Of a DNA stretch of 64,000 bases, positions 9,419 to 19,391 are shown piece by piece. The stretch is from a virus. Its lineage: Duplodnaviria; Heunggongvirae; Uroviricota; Caudoviricetes. Position numbers and translations under genes: made by a program. The notes under the pieces were generated by a model. The model ran no database searches. It saw only the letters and a list, made by a program, of their open reading frames with translations, and was not told where the DNA came from. Positions within the stretch are counted from its first letter, which is position 1; the number at the start of each line of letters is the position of its first letter. Where the stretch lies: the IMG/VR virus record IMGVR_UViG_3300039159_000198. One strand, given 5' to 3'.

Positions 9419-10318
9419 ATGAGTAAAAAGAAAACAAAAGAAGAATTTATTGAGGAATCTAAAAGACTCCATGGAGAAATTTATGAATATTCTCATTTAT
9501 TTTATACTAATAATAGTACTAAAATTGAACTAATTTGCCCCTTCCATGGGGCATTTTATGTTAGACCAAATGACCATTTAAGTAAAAAAGTCGGTTGTAA
9601 TAAATGTTATAATGCTGGAATATCAAAAAAAACTAATTTAGGGAAAATTATTGTTGAAAAATTTAATAAAATTCATAATGATAAATATGACTATTCTCTG
9701 ATTAACTATCAAGGAACAGATGAGAAAATTCAAATTATTTGTCTTATTCATGGAATTTTTCAACAAACACCACATCATCATCTTAAAGGTTTAGGATGTC
9801 AAAAATGTGGAAATGTTTATAGACCAACAACTGAAGAATTTATAAAAGAATCAATTAATATCCATAAAAATAAATATGATTATTCGAAAGTTAATTACAA
9901 GAATAACTCAACAAAAATTAATGTTATATGTCCAACTCATGGAGTGTTTGGAGTTAGACCCAATGACCATTTAAACAAAAAAAGTGGGTGCCCAATTTGT
10001 AAATCATCAAAAGGTGAATTAATCATTAAGGAATTTTTAGATAACAATAAGATAAAATATATTAGATAAAAAAAATTTGAGAATTGTAAGTATAAAAAAA
10101 TGCTTCCATTTGATTTTTATCTACCTACAAAAAATATTTGTATTGAATTTGATGGAGAACAACATTTTAATTCCATAAGTTGTTTTGGCGGTATCGATAG
10201 TTTTGAAAAAATTAAAATTAGAGATAAGATAAAGAATGATTTTTGTTATGATAGCAATATTACATTGATTAGGGTAACAAAAGAAAACGTTTATAAATTA
10301 GATGAATTATTAGTTTAG
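9419..10318 (+). pseudogene. homing endonuclease (CPxHG repeats plus C-terminal PD-(D/E)XK-like domain), one in-frame TAA
   Basis: Three ICPxHG/HxxxxxGCxxC repeats. TAA at 10067-10069 is in frame with the downstream LPFDFYLP...IEFDGEQH ORF (10100..10318). Confidence 0.85.
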
Positions 10319-10379
10319 ATAAAAGAGTATATTTATTTCATATATTTATTATATTTAAAAACAAACTAAAACTGTACAT

Positions 10380-10664
10380 ATGAAAAATTTTATTCAAAAC
10401 AACTTTATTATGATTGTATTGGTCATCACTCTTATAACTTTCTTTAAGGGATGTGGTGATTCAAGAGAATTATCTAAGTTAAGAAAAGAAGTAGAAACTA
10501 TTAAAGATTCCACTTACACAAAACAAGAATTAAATGTTGAATTAAAAGTTATGGGGTTAGAGTCTGAAAAAAGAATGATTCAAGCAACCGATAGAAAACT
10601 ATTAGATGTTCAACGACAAACTCAAATTGACGAGGAGATAAAAAAATTAAAATTACGTAAATAA
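10380..10664 (+). CDS. predicted lipoprotein or membrane-anchored coiled-coil protein (possibly spanin-like)
   Basis: hydrophobic N-terminus ending FFKGC, then coiled coil; near the amidase. Confidence 0.6.
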   Translation: MKNFIQNNFIMIVLVITLITFFKGCGDSRELSKLRKEVETIKDSTYTKQELNVELKVMGLESEKRMIQATDRKLLDVQRQTQIDEEIKKLKLRK

Positions 10665-11368
10665 TGAATTGGTTTCAAAAAAACTTTAAAACAATAGTTT
10701 ATATTTCGTTTTTAGTTCCAATCTTATTGGTGGCCTTCGTATCTATTTCACATGTTAGTAAATGGTATGGGTTATCAAATCCGAACACGTGGGCGATTTA
10801 TTTATCTGTCGGTATTGAAATAGCGGCGCTATCCACACTAGCCGCAATATCTGCACAAATGGGTAAAAAAGTTTATTTTCCATTTGGTATTGTAACACTA
10901 ATTCAGTTCATTGGTAATATATTCTTCGCCTATCAATATATTGATGTTAATTCGGTTTCATTCAAGGATTGGGTGGATTTAGTTAACCCAATTGTTAGTT
11001 ACTTAGGGGTTGAGTCAGGTGACCTAATTGGTCATAAACGATTCTTAGCTTTATTTTCAGGAGGGATGTTACCAATTATCTCTTTATCGTTTCTACATAT
11101 GTTAGTTAAGTTCGAGGAAGAAGAGAAAAAGAAAAAACCAGTATTACCCACGAACATTGATATTGATGAGTTAAGTCTTATTGCAGGAAAAGAGGAGGCA
11201 AAATTTGTTGAAGATAAATATGTCCCAACTAAAGAAGATTTAAGTCGATTGGAAACTGAGTTGATTAAATTAAATGAAAAGAAATTTGGTTTATTGGAGG
11301 AAACAATTGTGGATGACTCACAACAAGATGGAATTAAACGATTAAATTATTTAAGACGAGATGCCTAA
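10664..11368 (+). CDS. multi-pass membrane protein (holin candidate)
   Basis: about four transmembrane segments plus a charged C-terminal tail; overlaps the amidase start. Confidence 0.6.
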   Translation: MNWFQKNFKTIVYISFLVPILLVAFVSISHVSKWYGLSNPNTWAIYLSVGIEIAALSTLAAISAQMGKKVYFPFGIVTLIQFIGNIFFAYQYIDVNSVSFKDWVDLVNPIVSYLGVESGDLIGHKRFLALFSGGMLPIISLSFLHMLVKFEEEEKKKKPVLPTNIDIDELSLIAGKEEAKFVEDKYVPTKEDLSRLETELIKLNEKKFGLLEETIVDDSQQDGIKRLNYLRRDA

Positions 11369-11966
11369 CATCATACAATTTGGCGATTTTAAGTCAAAAG
11401 GTAAACAAAAACAAAAAAAACAAATAATTCTATGTCATACTTCAAGGGAGGTTCAAGAGTACTTGACCTCCCTTAAACATAGGTATGATGGTCAGTTTGA
11501 TAAAATACCTAATTATGTTGTTACAAAAAATGGTGAAATAATTCAATTATTGCCGGATAATACTTATTCCAATTATCTTAATGGTGATTTGGTTAATAAA
11601 AACTCAATTGTTATTTGTTTGGAAAATTTAGGTTGGTTGGAAAAGAAACCACTAACAAATTATTATATTAACTGGAAAGGAAGTATTTATAATAACAAGG
11701 TGTTTGAAAAAAAATGGAGAGATTTCTTTTTTTGGGACCCCTATACATTAATTCAAATAGAAATGGTTGCTGAGTTGTGTAAGCATTTATCAGAATCTCT
11801 TAACATCGAAAAAAGATGTGTTGGTCATAATACTCGTTTTGAAGGGGTGAATAACTACGAGGGGATTGTGAGTAGAAGTAATTACAACTCAATATACACG
11901 GATTTAAATCCATCATTCAATTTTGAAACTTTTATAAAATATTTAGAAAATGAGCAATTTACTTAA
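11361..11966 (+). CDS. N-acetylmuramoyl-L-alanine amidase (Amidase_2 type), probable endolysin
   Basis: IILCHT, YVVTKNGEIIQL, SIVICLE, VGHN...TDLNP. Confidence 0.8.
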   Translation: MPNIIQFGDFKSKGKQKQKKQIILCHTSREVQEYLTSLKHRYDGQFDKIPNYVVTKNGEIIQLLPDNTYSNYLNGDLVNKNSIVICLENLGWLEKKPLTNYYINWKGSIYNNKVFEKKWRDFFFWDPYTLIQIEMVAELCKHLSESLNIEKRCVGHNTRFEGVNNYEGIVSRSNYNSIYTDLNPSFNFETFIKYLENEQFT

Positions 11967-12522
11967 CGAAAGATACGATGAAATGAAAACTTTGTTAAAA
12001 AAATCAAGAATGATTTTAGAACAAGGTAGTCAGATAAATGTTGCGTCAGATGTTGAATCACGTATTCAACAGGACCAAGAGTATGAAACGGCAGAGACCG
12101 GTATTGATAATGATGAAACCCCATCACCAAAAGACAAAAGACAAAAGTATAGAATCTCAGGGGGTATACTAACTCTTAATGGTAAAGACCGAAACGATTT
12201 GGATATTACTAGTGATGAGAAAATGGCATTTCAAGAAACAATGGATGAATTTATTAATGAGGTGTCGGACCTTGTTGATTTTAATTCATTAAATGTTTAT
12301 CCAAACAATGTTGAATGGTCCGGTAAGTTAATTGATGAAGACCTTGATTTTATTTTTACTATTGGGGAAGATAGTGGGGTTTATATCAATGGACAAATGA
12401 TTAAAATGGATGAGGGATTTATTGATACAATAAATAAACTTCAAAGTTATTACCAAAAATTTAAATCCAAATGGGGTAAAGTTTTGTCTAATAGAAAAAA
12501 AACAGGTGAATCTCCGGAATAA
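11950..12522 (+). CDS. hypothetical protein
   Basis: 190-aa acidic ORF, overlapping operon context. Confidence 0.75.
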   Translation: MSNLLNERYDEMKTLLKKSRMILEQGSQINVASDVESRIQQDQEYETAETGIDNDETPSPKDKRQKYRISGGILTLNGKDRNDLDITSDEKMAFQETMDEFINEVSDLVDFNSLNVYPNNVEWSGKLIDEDLDFIFTIGEDSGVYINGQMIKMDEGFIDTINKLQSYYQKFKSKWGKVLSNRKKTGESPE

Positions 12523-12887
12523 TGAAAGATATAATAGGTAATAACAAACAGAACATATTATTAATTATTGTAATTGTGATGGTAGCTTGGAATATATTCA
12601 CTATTGGTGGGGTTAAAACCGATGTTAAATCATATAAGAAACAAATAGAAACGATTCAAAAAGGTGTTGACTCTGCTCAAGTAGTTAACAAAATAATTGA
12701 TGATAAGGTTAATAAGGTAAATGAAAATGTTACTATTATTACTAAAGAAGTTAGTACTATTGATAATAATTTGACTAACTTAAAAAAGACTACAAATGAA
12801 AAAGTTAATACTGTTAATAAGTTTTCTAATGTTGAGTTGGAATTCTTTTTCACAAATAGATACGACCAAAACAACCTTACCAAATAA
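12522..12887 (+). CDS. N-terminal TM plus coiled-coil protein (spanin-like candidate)
   Basis: single N-terminal TM; overlaps the next gene by ~90 nt. Confidence 0.6.
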   Translation: MKDIIGNNKQNILLIIVIVMVAWNIFTIGGVKTDVKSYKKQIETIQKGVDSAQVVNKIIDDKVNKVNENVTIITKEVSTIDNNLTNLKKTTNEKVNTVNKFSNVELEFFFTNRYDQNNLTK

Positions 12888-13200
12888 AATACTTCGAGAG
12901 GCGGCTAAAGACCTATTAAGGTATGATGGTTGTAAACAAGAGGTGGTCTTATTAAATAATAAAATAGTTAAACTTAATGAGAGGGAAACTCAAAAAGATA
13001 CTGTGATAAATTTATTGAATAAAAAAGATAAAAATAATCAGTTCATCATTGGTAAAAAAGATGAACAATTAACTTTATCAAAAGAACTTTCTGATAAATT
13101 GGAAAAAGAACTTAAAGGACAAAGAGTTAAAACTTTCTTGTATAAACTAGGTACTTTTGTCGGGATTATCACATCAACATATCTATTAATAATAAAGTAA
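12796..13200 (+). CDS. signal peptide, coiled coil and C-terminal TM protein
   Basis: MKKLILLISFLMLSWNSFSQ signal; hydrophobic C-terminus. Confidence 0.65.
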   Translation: MKKLILLISFLMLSWNSFSQIDTTKTTLPNKILREAAKDLLRYDGCKQEVVLLNNKIVKLNERETQKDTVINLLNKKDKNNQFIIGKKDEQLTLSKELSDKLEKELKGQRVKTFLYKLGTFVGIITSTYLLIIK

Positions 13201-13445
13201 TGGGGTTAACAACATCGGATAAAAAAGAAATTGAGGTAATGATTCGTAAAGAAATCAAAGGATTTATGGATAACAATACCTTAAAACAATTTGAAGACAA
13301 GTTATTGGATAGAATTGGTCGTGAAATTAAAAGAGGTAAATTAGAAGGTGATATTAAAGATATTACATTAAGAATGTTTCGAGAATTCTACCAATTTATG
13401 TGGATGAATAGAAGTTACTGGGAACCAAGATTAAAAAACGCATAA
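13200..13445 (+). CDS. hypothetical protein
   Basis: 81-aa ORF abutting the upstream stop. Confidence 0.7.
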   Translation: MGLTTSDKKEIEVMIRKEIKGFMDNNTLKQFEDKLLDRIGREIKRGKLEGDIKDITLRMFREFYQFMWMNRSYWEPRLKNA

Positions 13446-13446
13446 T

Positions 13447-14316
13447 ATGGATTCATCTGCAAATTTATTTAAACAAAGTTTGGACAAGGCTTATGCTTCT
13501 CCGGGTATGACATTAAACACTAGTACTATGGGAGATGCGTCAAAATATAAACAATCTTTTAAAGAAGAGGATGTTGATGGTGAGTCATCTAAAAGTGATA
13601 AACCCAAAAAATATTTGGACATTCATGACATGATACCAGAGTTAAGGAGACAACTTAATAAAGGAACTAGATTTGACCCAAAACATAAAAAAGCTAAATC
13701 TAAAGAAGAATCTACAGAAGCCACCGGAAGTGGTTCGTCAGGAGGATATTCGGCACCTCTATTTTCAGGTGAAGAACCGAATATGGGTGAGTTAAGTAAA
13801 CTTGAGACAAAAGAAAACAAACGGGGTAGAGTTAGTCCAATTGGATTCTCGGATGAATTTATGAAAAAAAGTAATTCGGAAAAAAAAAGAATACAAACTG
13901 AATCTAATGGATGTTGGTCTGGTTATAAGAGAAATGGTTCGAAGATTAAAAATGGGAAGAAAGTACCAAATTGTATTAAAGAACAGGTTGAAAAAGTAGA
14001 AGCAACTGAGGCTACAGGTTCAGGGTCCAGTGGAGGTTATGAAAGTCCTGCCATGTGGGCTAAATCAACCAAAAAGAAAGATTGGGGACCAAGTAGAAAA
14101 ACACAAATACCAGGTGGTGGATTTGTTAAGATAAAAAAGAAATGTACTAAATTTCCTTATTGTAACCAAGGAGATATTAATAATGTGAAAATTAGTAAAA
14201 ATGAATCTGTTAAAGAGGCAATCAAACAAGTTTCATCTAAAATGGGAGTTAGTGAGAATATTATCATAACTATTTTAGAACATGAATACGAAAAATTGAA
14301 TAAAAGAAATAATTAA
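13447..14316 (+). CDS. hypothetical protein with internal repeats
   Basis: two TEATGSGSSGGY repeats and a CWSGYK...KKVPNC motif. Confidence 0.75.
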   Translation: MDSSANLFKQSLDKAYASPGMTLNTSTMGDASKYKQSFKEEDVDGESSKSDKPKKYLDIHDMIPELRRQLNKGTRFDPKHKKAKSKEESTEATGSGSSGGYSAPLFSGEEPNMGELSKLETKENKRGRVSPIGFSDEFMKKSNSEKKRIQTESNGCWSGYKRNGSKIKNGKKVPNCIKEQVEKVEATEATGSGSSGGYESPAMWAKSTKKKDWGPSRKTQIPGGGFVKIKKKCTKFPYCNQGDINNVKISKNESVKEAIKQVSSKMGVSENIIITILEHEYEKLNKRNN

Positions 14317-14341
14317 AGATATTTATTAAAAAAATACAAAG

Positions 14342-15703
14342 ATGGACAATTTTAAAAATCATATTGATAAATTAGTTTCAAGAGTACTTAACGAGGAAAT
14401 TGAAAGTAAAGTAAGAAAAATAACCGAAATGATGAGTGGGGAGTGGACCGAAATTGAAATGGGGGAACAACTTAAAGGTAATCAAAAAAAACTTGATGTT
14501 GCAAAACCAAAAGGTAAATTAACTACTGATGATTTTAGACAACTTAGAAAAACTAAAGAAACTAACGTGGCTAAAAAATTTACTAAAAAATATGGTAATA
14601 AATACGGTATGGAAGAAGCTGAGACTGAAGAAGGTAATGCTTTCTCAGGAGCTTTAGCGAAGGCTAAAGAATCAGGTAAAGATAGTTTTGATGTTGATGG
14701 TAAAAAATACCCGGTTAAGGAATCTGAAGATAAATGGATTCAAGATACTAAAATGCACAAAGGGGCTTTACACAAGAAACTTGGAATTCCGGAAGGAGAA
14801 AAAATACCAAACGCTAAGTTAAATGCTTTGAAAAAAGAATTAATGAAAAAAGGTAAGGGTGATAAAAAATTATCAGTATCTGACGATAAATTATTAAAAC
14901 AAGTTACACTTGCGTTAACTCTTAAATCTGTTAAAGAAAGTAGGGGGTCATTAAAATTAACAGAGAATGAGTTAATTGATATAATTGAAAAAATTGTAAT
15001 GGAACAAAAAGTGAAAGATGCTGACGAAAAACCAAATATTACTAAAAAATCACCTCAAGGGTTAAAAGATACTGATAAGGTTTTAAGTCAAAACAAAAAA
15101 ATTAATGATGACCATACAAAAGATGTTGTTAAAAAAATGAAAGAATATTTAAAAAATATGACTAAAGCCGATTATAATGAAAATCCGGATGATTTCCCAA
15201 GAAGTAATTATGATATTGACAAAGATGAAAAGGTTATGAAATATAATCCATCTGAAGCTGTTGAAGAATATATTGACGCATTTTCTTACCCTGGTATGAC
15301 TAATCTTGTTTATGACGAGATTAAACCGGATGATGAGAAGATTGATAAGTATCTTAAAGGTGACTCAACAACGGGTAATGCAGTGACAGATAAAGACGGT
15401 AAGGCGTTAGGTAATGTTGCGAAAAGTAAAGTTGGGGAAAAATTCAAAAAGAATTATGATGAAAACTTATATGGTGCGGAACAGATGAATGGTTCATATA
15501 AAAGAGTTCCACAACCTGTTGAGGTTGCTGGTGAAAAAACATTATCAGGGTCGTTAGGGTCTAAAAAAGAGAATAGTTCAGTAAATAAGGCGAACAATAT
15601 TTTAAGTAAACTTGAATCAACTGAAGATAAAAAATCTAAAATCATTTCAGAAGAGATGAATAAGATGAAAATTTTAATTGGGTACGATAGAAAAACACAA
15701 TAA
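14342..15703 (+). CDS. hypothetical K/E-rich protein (putative late or virion protein)
   Basis: preceded by TATTTATT at 14320; internal LTENELIDIIEKIVMEQ motif. Confidence 0.75.
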   Translation: MDNFKNHIDKLVSRVLNEEIESKVRKITEMMSGEWTEIEMGEQLKGNQKKLDVAKPKGKLTTDDFRQLRKTKETNVAKKFTKKYGNKYGMEEAETEEGNAFSGALAKAKESGKDSFDVDGKKYPVKESEDKWIQDTKMHKGALHKKLGIPEGEKIPNAKLNALKKELMKKGKGDKKLSVSDDKLLKQVTLALTLKSVKESRGSLKLTENELIDIIEKIVMEQKVKDADEKPNITKKSPQGLKDTDKVLSQNKKINDDHTKDVVKKMKEYLKNMTKADYNENPDDFPRSNYDIDKDEKVMKYNPSEAVEEYIDAFSYPGMTNLVYDEIKPDDEKIDKYLKGDSTTGNAVTDKDGKALGNVAKSKVGEKFKKNYDENLYGAEQMNGSYKRVPQPVEVAGEKTLSGSLGSKKENSSVNKANNILSKLESTEDKKSKIISEEMNKMKILIGYDRKTQ

Positions 15704-15751
15704 AATTTCACATTTCAAATAATTTTACTATATTCTCCATAGACAACTTCT

Positions 15752-16210
15752 ATGGAGAATTTTTTTAATTATATGACTAAAGTAATACCAAAAGATGAGA
15801 TAGTAATTTGGTTTAATATTCATAATATGTATTATGAAAAAATTGACTTGTTTGGTGATGTCTTTAAATCACTAAATTATATTATCCTCAATACCTATAT
15901 GGGTAATGAATACCGTGAGACTAAAATTATTTTAACTAAAGAAGATGATGAGAATCATTTTAATTGGTGTTGGAATAAATTGATTAAAGATTTTCGTAAA
16001 GAAAACATTTTAATCGGTGAGGATGGTGAGCACAAAGACTACTTTAAATCGTTTTTTAACGACACTTTTTATTATCAATCAGACAAGGAGACTCGAGAAT
16101 CAATTGATACGTTTTTAAACGATATTTTTGATGTTCACAAGGATTTTATTAAACCGGATTTGGTTATACTAACGGAGTATTATAAGATACTCCAAAAGTA
16201 TGTAGATTAA
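15752..16210 (+). CDS. hypothetical protein
   Basis: 152-aa ORF. Confidence 0.7.
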   Translation: MENFFNYMTKVIPKDEIVIWFNIHNMYYEKIDLFGDVFKSLNYIILNTYMGNEYRETKIILTKEDDENHFNWCWNKLIKDFRKENILIGEDGEHKDYFKSFFNDTFYYQSDKETRESIDTFLNDIFDVHKDFIKPDLVILTEYYKILQKYVD

Positions 16211-16290
16211 AAAAAACACCATTTGTATTTACACCAGAGTAAAAAAACTTAATATTCTTCTATAATAATAAACCGATTAACAATTCAAAA

Positions 16291-16476
16291 ATGGAAACAT
16301 TAGAAAAAATCAAAGTGTTAACTGAACAATTATCAGTGGACGCAACAAAATTCTACAACGGAAATAAAAGTGCTGGTACAAGAACCAGAAAATCTGCTCA
16401 AGAATTAAAATCATTACTTCAAGAATTTAGAATTCAAATACTTGAACATAGTAAAAAAGAAGATGTGAATGCATAA
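16291..16476 (+). CDS. histone H1-like (Hc1-type) small DNA-binding protein
   Basis: KFYNGNKSAGTRTRKSAQELK matches the GNKxAGxRARK pattern of Bacteroidota histone-H1-like proteins. Confidence 0.7.
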   Translation: METLEKIKVLTEQLSVDATKFYNGNKSAGTRTRKSAQELKSLLQEFRIQILEHSKKEDVNA

Positions 16477-16654
16477 TATTGAAACCATATATTTTTTTAT
16501 ATTTGTGTTTACAATATTGGTAGTGTTGAAAAATACTGCAAAGTTTGTAACTGCCCTGTTATCTAAAGAACCAAAACCATTGGTCTATAATAATGGGGAG
16601 CTTATTATACTTGGATTATCATTAAGTTATTTAATTACATACATATTACAATGA
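16469..16654 (+). CDS. small membrane protein
   Basis: two hydrophobic segments. Confidence 0.6.
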   Translation: MHNIETIYFFIFVFTILVVLKNTAKFVTALLSKEPKPLVYNNGELIILGLSLSYLITYILQ

Positions 16655-17106
16655 GTTTTTATAAAGAATTAGCACCGTTTGTTCAATACATTCATTCAAT
16701 TAGAAAATTGGAGACCTATTTAAGTTTTGATATGTCATTTCCGGTAAAATGGTCATTACCTAAAAGTATTATCGAAGAGGGTCAAGTAATTGCTTTTAAC
16801 GTTGATGACCAAAATTTAAAGGGAATTACGTTTGTTGCTCAAATTAACGAGAACGACATCTCAGTAATCCTTACCAAGATTGGTAAAATTATTAAATTAA
16901 ATAAGGAACGAGAATTAAAAGAACAATTATTTAAACAAACAATTGACCAACTAAAACAAACATTTGAAAAAAATGATTTAGATAAATTACAGAATTTATA
17001 TTTTGATTTTGAGACAGATGACCCTAATTTAGATTTACTTGATGAGCAAGACGGACAAGAGTCAGCAACTATTGAATTGGTTGATGAGCGAGAAGAAGAA
17101 AGATAA
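16651..17106 (+). CDS. hypothetical protein
   Basis: 151-aa ORF, ATGA overlap with the upstream gene. Confidence 0.7.
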   Translation: MSFYKELAPFVQYIHSIRKLETYLSFDMSFPVKWSLPKSIIEEGQVIAFNVDDQNLKGITFVAQINENDISVILTKIGKIIKLNKERELKEQLFKQTIDQLKQTFEKNDLDKLQNLYFDFETDDPNLDLLDEQDGQESATIELVDEREEER

Positions 17107-17236
17107 TATCGACCTTGAAAATAGTAAGAAACGACTTATTTGGGAGATTAAAAATTTAAAAAAAGAGGATTTATTTCCTCAACCAAAAAAAATAACATTA
17201 TGGGGGAGAATAAAAATATTACTCTTGGGGAGTTAG
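17039..17236 (+). CDS. hypothetical protein
   Basis: 65-aa overlapping ORF. Confidence 0.5.
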   Translation: MMSKTDKSQQLLNWLMSEKKKDNIDLENSKKRLIWEIKNLKKEDLFPQPKKITLWGRIKILLLGS

Positions 17237-17430
17237 AAAAATTGGCATTAATTGCCGAATCATGTCAGTCAATTTTTAGTGGGAAAGGAACAATTATATT
17301 TGAATTACCTATTGGTGAATATACTAGTGTTATCAATCATTTTAGAGAGATAGATAGACATCACAAACAATTTTCAATAGATATTTCCGGAACCGAGTTT
17401 CATTTTATTTTGACGGAGGTTGAGAAGTAA
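17200..17430 (+). CDS. hypothetical protein
   Basis: 76-aa overlapping ORF. Confidence 0.55.
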   Translation: MGENKNITLGELEKLALIAESCQSIFSGKGTIIFELPIGEYTSVINHFREIDRHHKQFSIDISGTEFHFILTEVEK

Positions 17431-18049
17431 ATTTTCGATATAGTATTTTTTTATCGATACCAAAAGATTCTAACATATTGAATAAGTATTTTCTTTGAGC
17501 CGAGGAGTTGTCTTTAATAAAAAGACAATCTCCTCTTTTTATTTTAAAAAAATGAGAAGATAAACAATCAATAAACCGGGATGACTCAGATTCAGTTTTT
17601 AATGTAAATAAATTTATCTTTTCATCTTCTTGAACTATTATTTTATTATTAAGACTTGAAATCATTTTTAATCCGTCACCTTTTAAATAGGTTTTAATTA
17701 ATTGTTGTGTTGTTATTTTTTTCTTTTTAGATAAATCATAAATCATCTCTTCTTTTTTATAGTAATCTATTTTAAATAAAGTCATTCCCTCCCCCTCAAG
17801 TTTTACTTTAGAACTCCTACCGTATTCATCAGTCATGTAGACTGGTATTAGTTGATTAACGCTCATCTCGATTAATCCCAATTCATATCTCACATCCACA
17901 CCATTTTCAATTTCCACATTAAATAGAACCTCATTTGATTCTTTCAATAATTTGTCGTAATATTGTTTAGCCCGTGAAAAGGTCACAAATTTATTTATTA
18001 TTTTTTTACGTTTCTTATTTTTAAATAAGACTACAAGATAGTTTACCAT
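17405..18049 (-). CDS. hypothetical protein
   Basis: 214-aa minus-strand ORF with no competing plus-strand ORF. Confidence 0.75.
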   Translation of the reverse strand: MVNYLVVLFKNKKRKKIINKFVTFSRAKQYYDKLLKESNEVLFNVEIENGVDVRYELGLIEMSVNQLIPVYMTDEYGRSSKVKLEGEGMTLFKIDYYKKEEMIYDLSKKKKITTQQLIKTYLKGDGLKMISSLNNKIIVQEDEKINLFTLKTESESSRFIDCLSSHFFKIKRGDCLFIKDNSSAQRKYLFNMLESFGIDKKILYRKFTSQPPSK

Positions 18050-18051
18050 AT

Positions 18052-18981
18052 ATGAAAGATTACTACAAAATTTTAGAAGTTGAAGAGAAAGCGTCTCAAG
18101 ATGAGATAAAAAAAAGTTATAGAACTTTATCCAAGAAATTTCACCCGGATATTAACCCTGATGGTGACGAGAAATTTAAGGACATTGCTGAATCTTATGA
18201 CACCATAGGTAATGCAGAAAAACGAGCACAATATGACCAAACTAAAAACAATCCATTTGCGGGTGGGGGAGGAAATTCTTCATTTGAAGAAATGTTTAAT
18301 CAAATGTTTAATAGAGGTGGGGGGAATCAAAGAACCCGAAGAAAATCAGTACCCGATAAAATTGTTAAGGTTCGAATAAATCCGGTTGAGTCGTACCAAG
18401 GTGCCGAAAAGAAAATACAGTACTTAAAAGACATCCAATGTAGTACCTGTAGTGGAACCGGAGGACAACAACAGACATGTTCCGGATGTAACGGTGTTGG
18501 TTTCCAAATAAAAACATTTGGTTCCGGATTTATGACTCAACAAATAAGACAGGCTTGTTCCACTTGTGGAGGTAGGGGTTATACTCTAATCCATAAATGT
18601 AATACTTGTGTGGGTCAAGGTACTAAAAGTGAAATGAGTACAGTTAATTTTAAATTACCTAAAGGTGTTGATAGTGGTCAATTTTTAAAATTAGAAAATC
18701 TTGGTGATTTTAGGGGCGGGGAAATTGGTGATTTAGTTATTCAAGTTGAGTTAATTGAACAAGATGGGTTTGAAAAAATGAATAATGATTTGATTTATAA
18801 TCTATTTTTGGATTTAGATGGGGTGAATGATGAAAAATTAACTGTTCCTCATCCGGATGGTGAATTAATGTTAAGTCAACCCAAAATATTTGATACCTCT
18901 AAACCGTTGAGATTGAAAGGTAAGGGATATAATGGTGGTGATATGTATGTTAAAATAAATGTAAAATTTGAAAGAAAATAA
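18052..18981 (+). CDS. dnaJ: DnaJ/Hsp40 co-chaperone
   Basis: J-domain with HPD, G/F-rich linker, four CxxCxGxG zinc-finger repeats, C-terminal domain. Confidence 0.93.
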   Translation: MKDYYKILEVEEKASQDEIKKSYRTLSKKFHPDINPDGDEKFKDIAESYDTIGNAEKRAQYDQTKNNPFAGGGGNSSFEEMFNQMFNRGGGNQRTRRKSVPDKIVKVRINPVESYQGAEKKIQYLKDIQCSTCSGTGGQQQTCSGCNGVGFQIKTFGSGFMTQQIRQACSTCGGRGYTLIHKCNTCVGQGTKSEMSTVNFKLPKGVDSGQFLKLENLGDFRGGEIGDLVIQVELIEQDGFEKMNNDLIYNLFLDLDGVNDEKLTVPHPDGELMLSQPKIFDTSKPLRLKGKGYNGGDMYVKINVKFERK

Positions 18982-18983
18982 AT

Positions 18984-19172
18984 ATGGAAGTAGTAGAAGG
19001 TCAATTGATTGATAAGAATGAGGTTAACAATCCAGGTGGATGTTCATCTTGTAAACAGAAAGGAATTAAAAAAGGTCAAATAGGTTCATTAATTTTGGGA
19101 GCGTATATTATGGGGTCTGCAATTTATGGGACTATAACGTTAATTAATAAAATAATAAATTATTTTAATTAA
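18984..19172 (+). CDS. small protein with GCSSC motif and C-terminal TM
   Basis: 62-aa ORF. Confidence 0.6.
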   Translation: MEVVEGQLIDKNEVNNPGGCSSCKQKGIKKGQIGSLILGAYIMGSAIYGTITLINKIINYFN

Positions 19173-19223
19173 TTTTTTACTTTTAACGCACTTTTCTTAT
19201 CTTTGAGTATATTTATATAATGT

Positions 19224-19391
19224 ATGGCGACAAAAGGAAAACCTTATAAAGATGAGAAAGATAAGAAAGTTAAATACGGGATTAGTATTGACCGACATCT
19301 TTTTGATAAAATGAAAAACGAGGGGATTAGTGTTTCCAAATTTATTCAAAATTTAGTTAAAGAGTATTATGATGGAAAAGAAAATTTGTAA
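19224..19391 (+). CDS. small ribbon-helix-helix-like protein
   Basis: My translation: MATKGKPYKDEKDKKVKYGISIDRHLFDKMKNEGISVSKFIQNLVKEYYDGKENL; follows TATTTATA at 19210. Confidence 0.55.
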   Translation: MATKGKPYKDEKDKKVKYGISIDRHLFDKMKNEGISVSKFIQNLVKEYYDGKENL

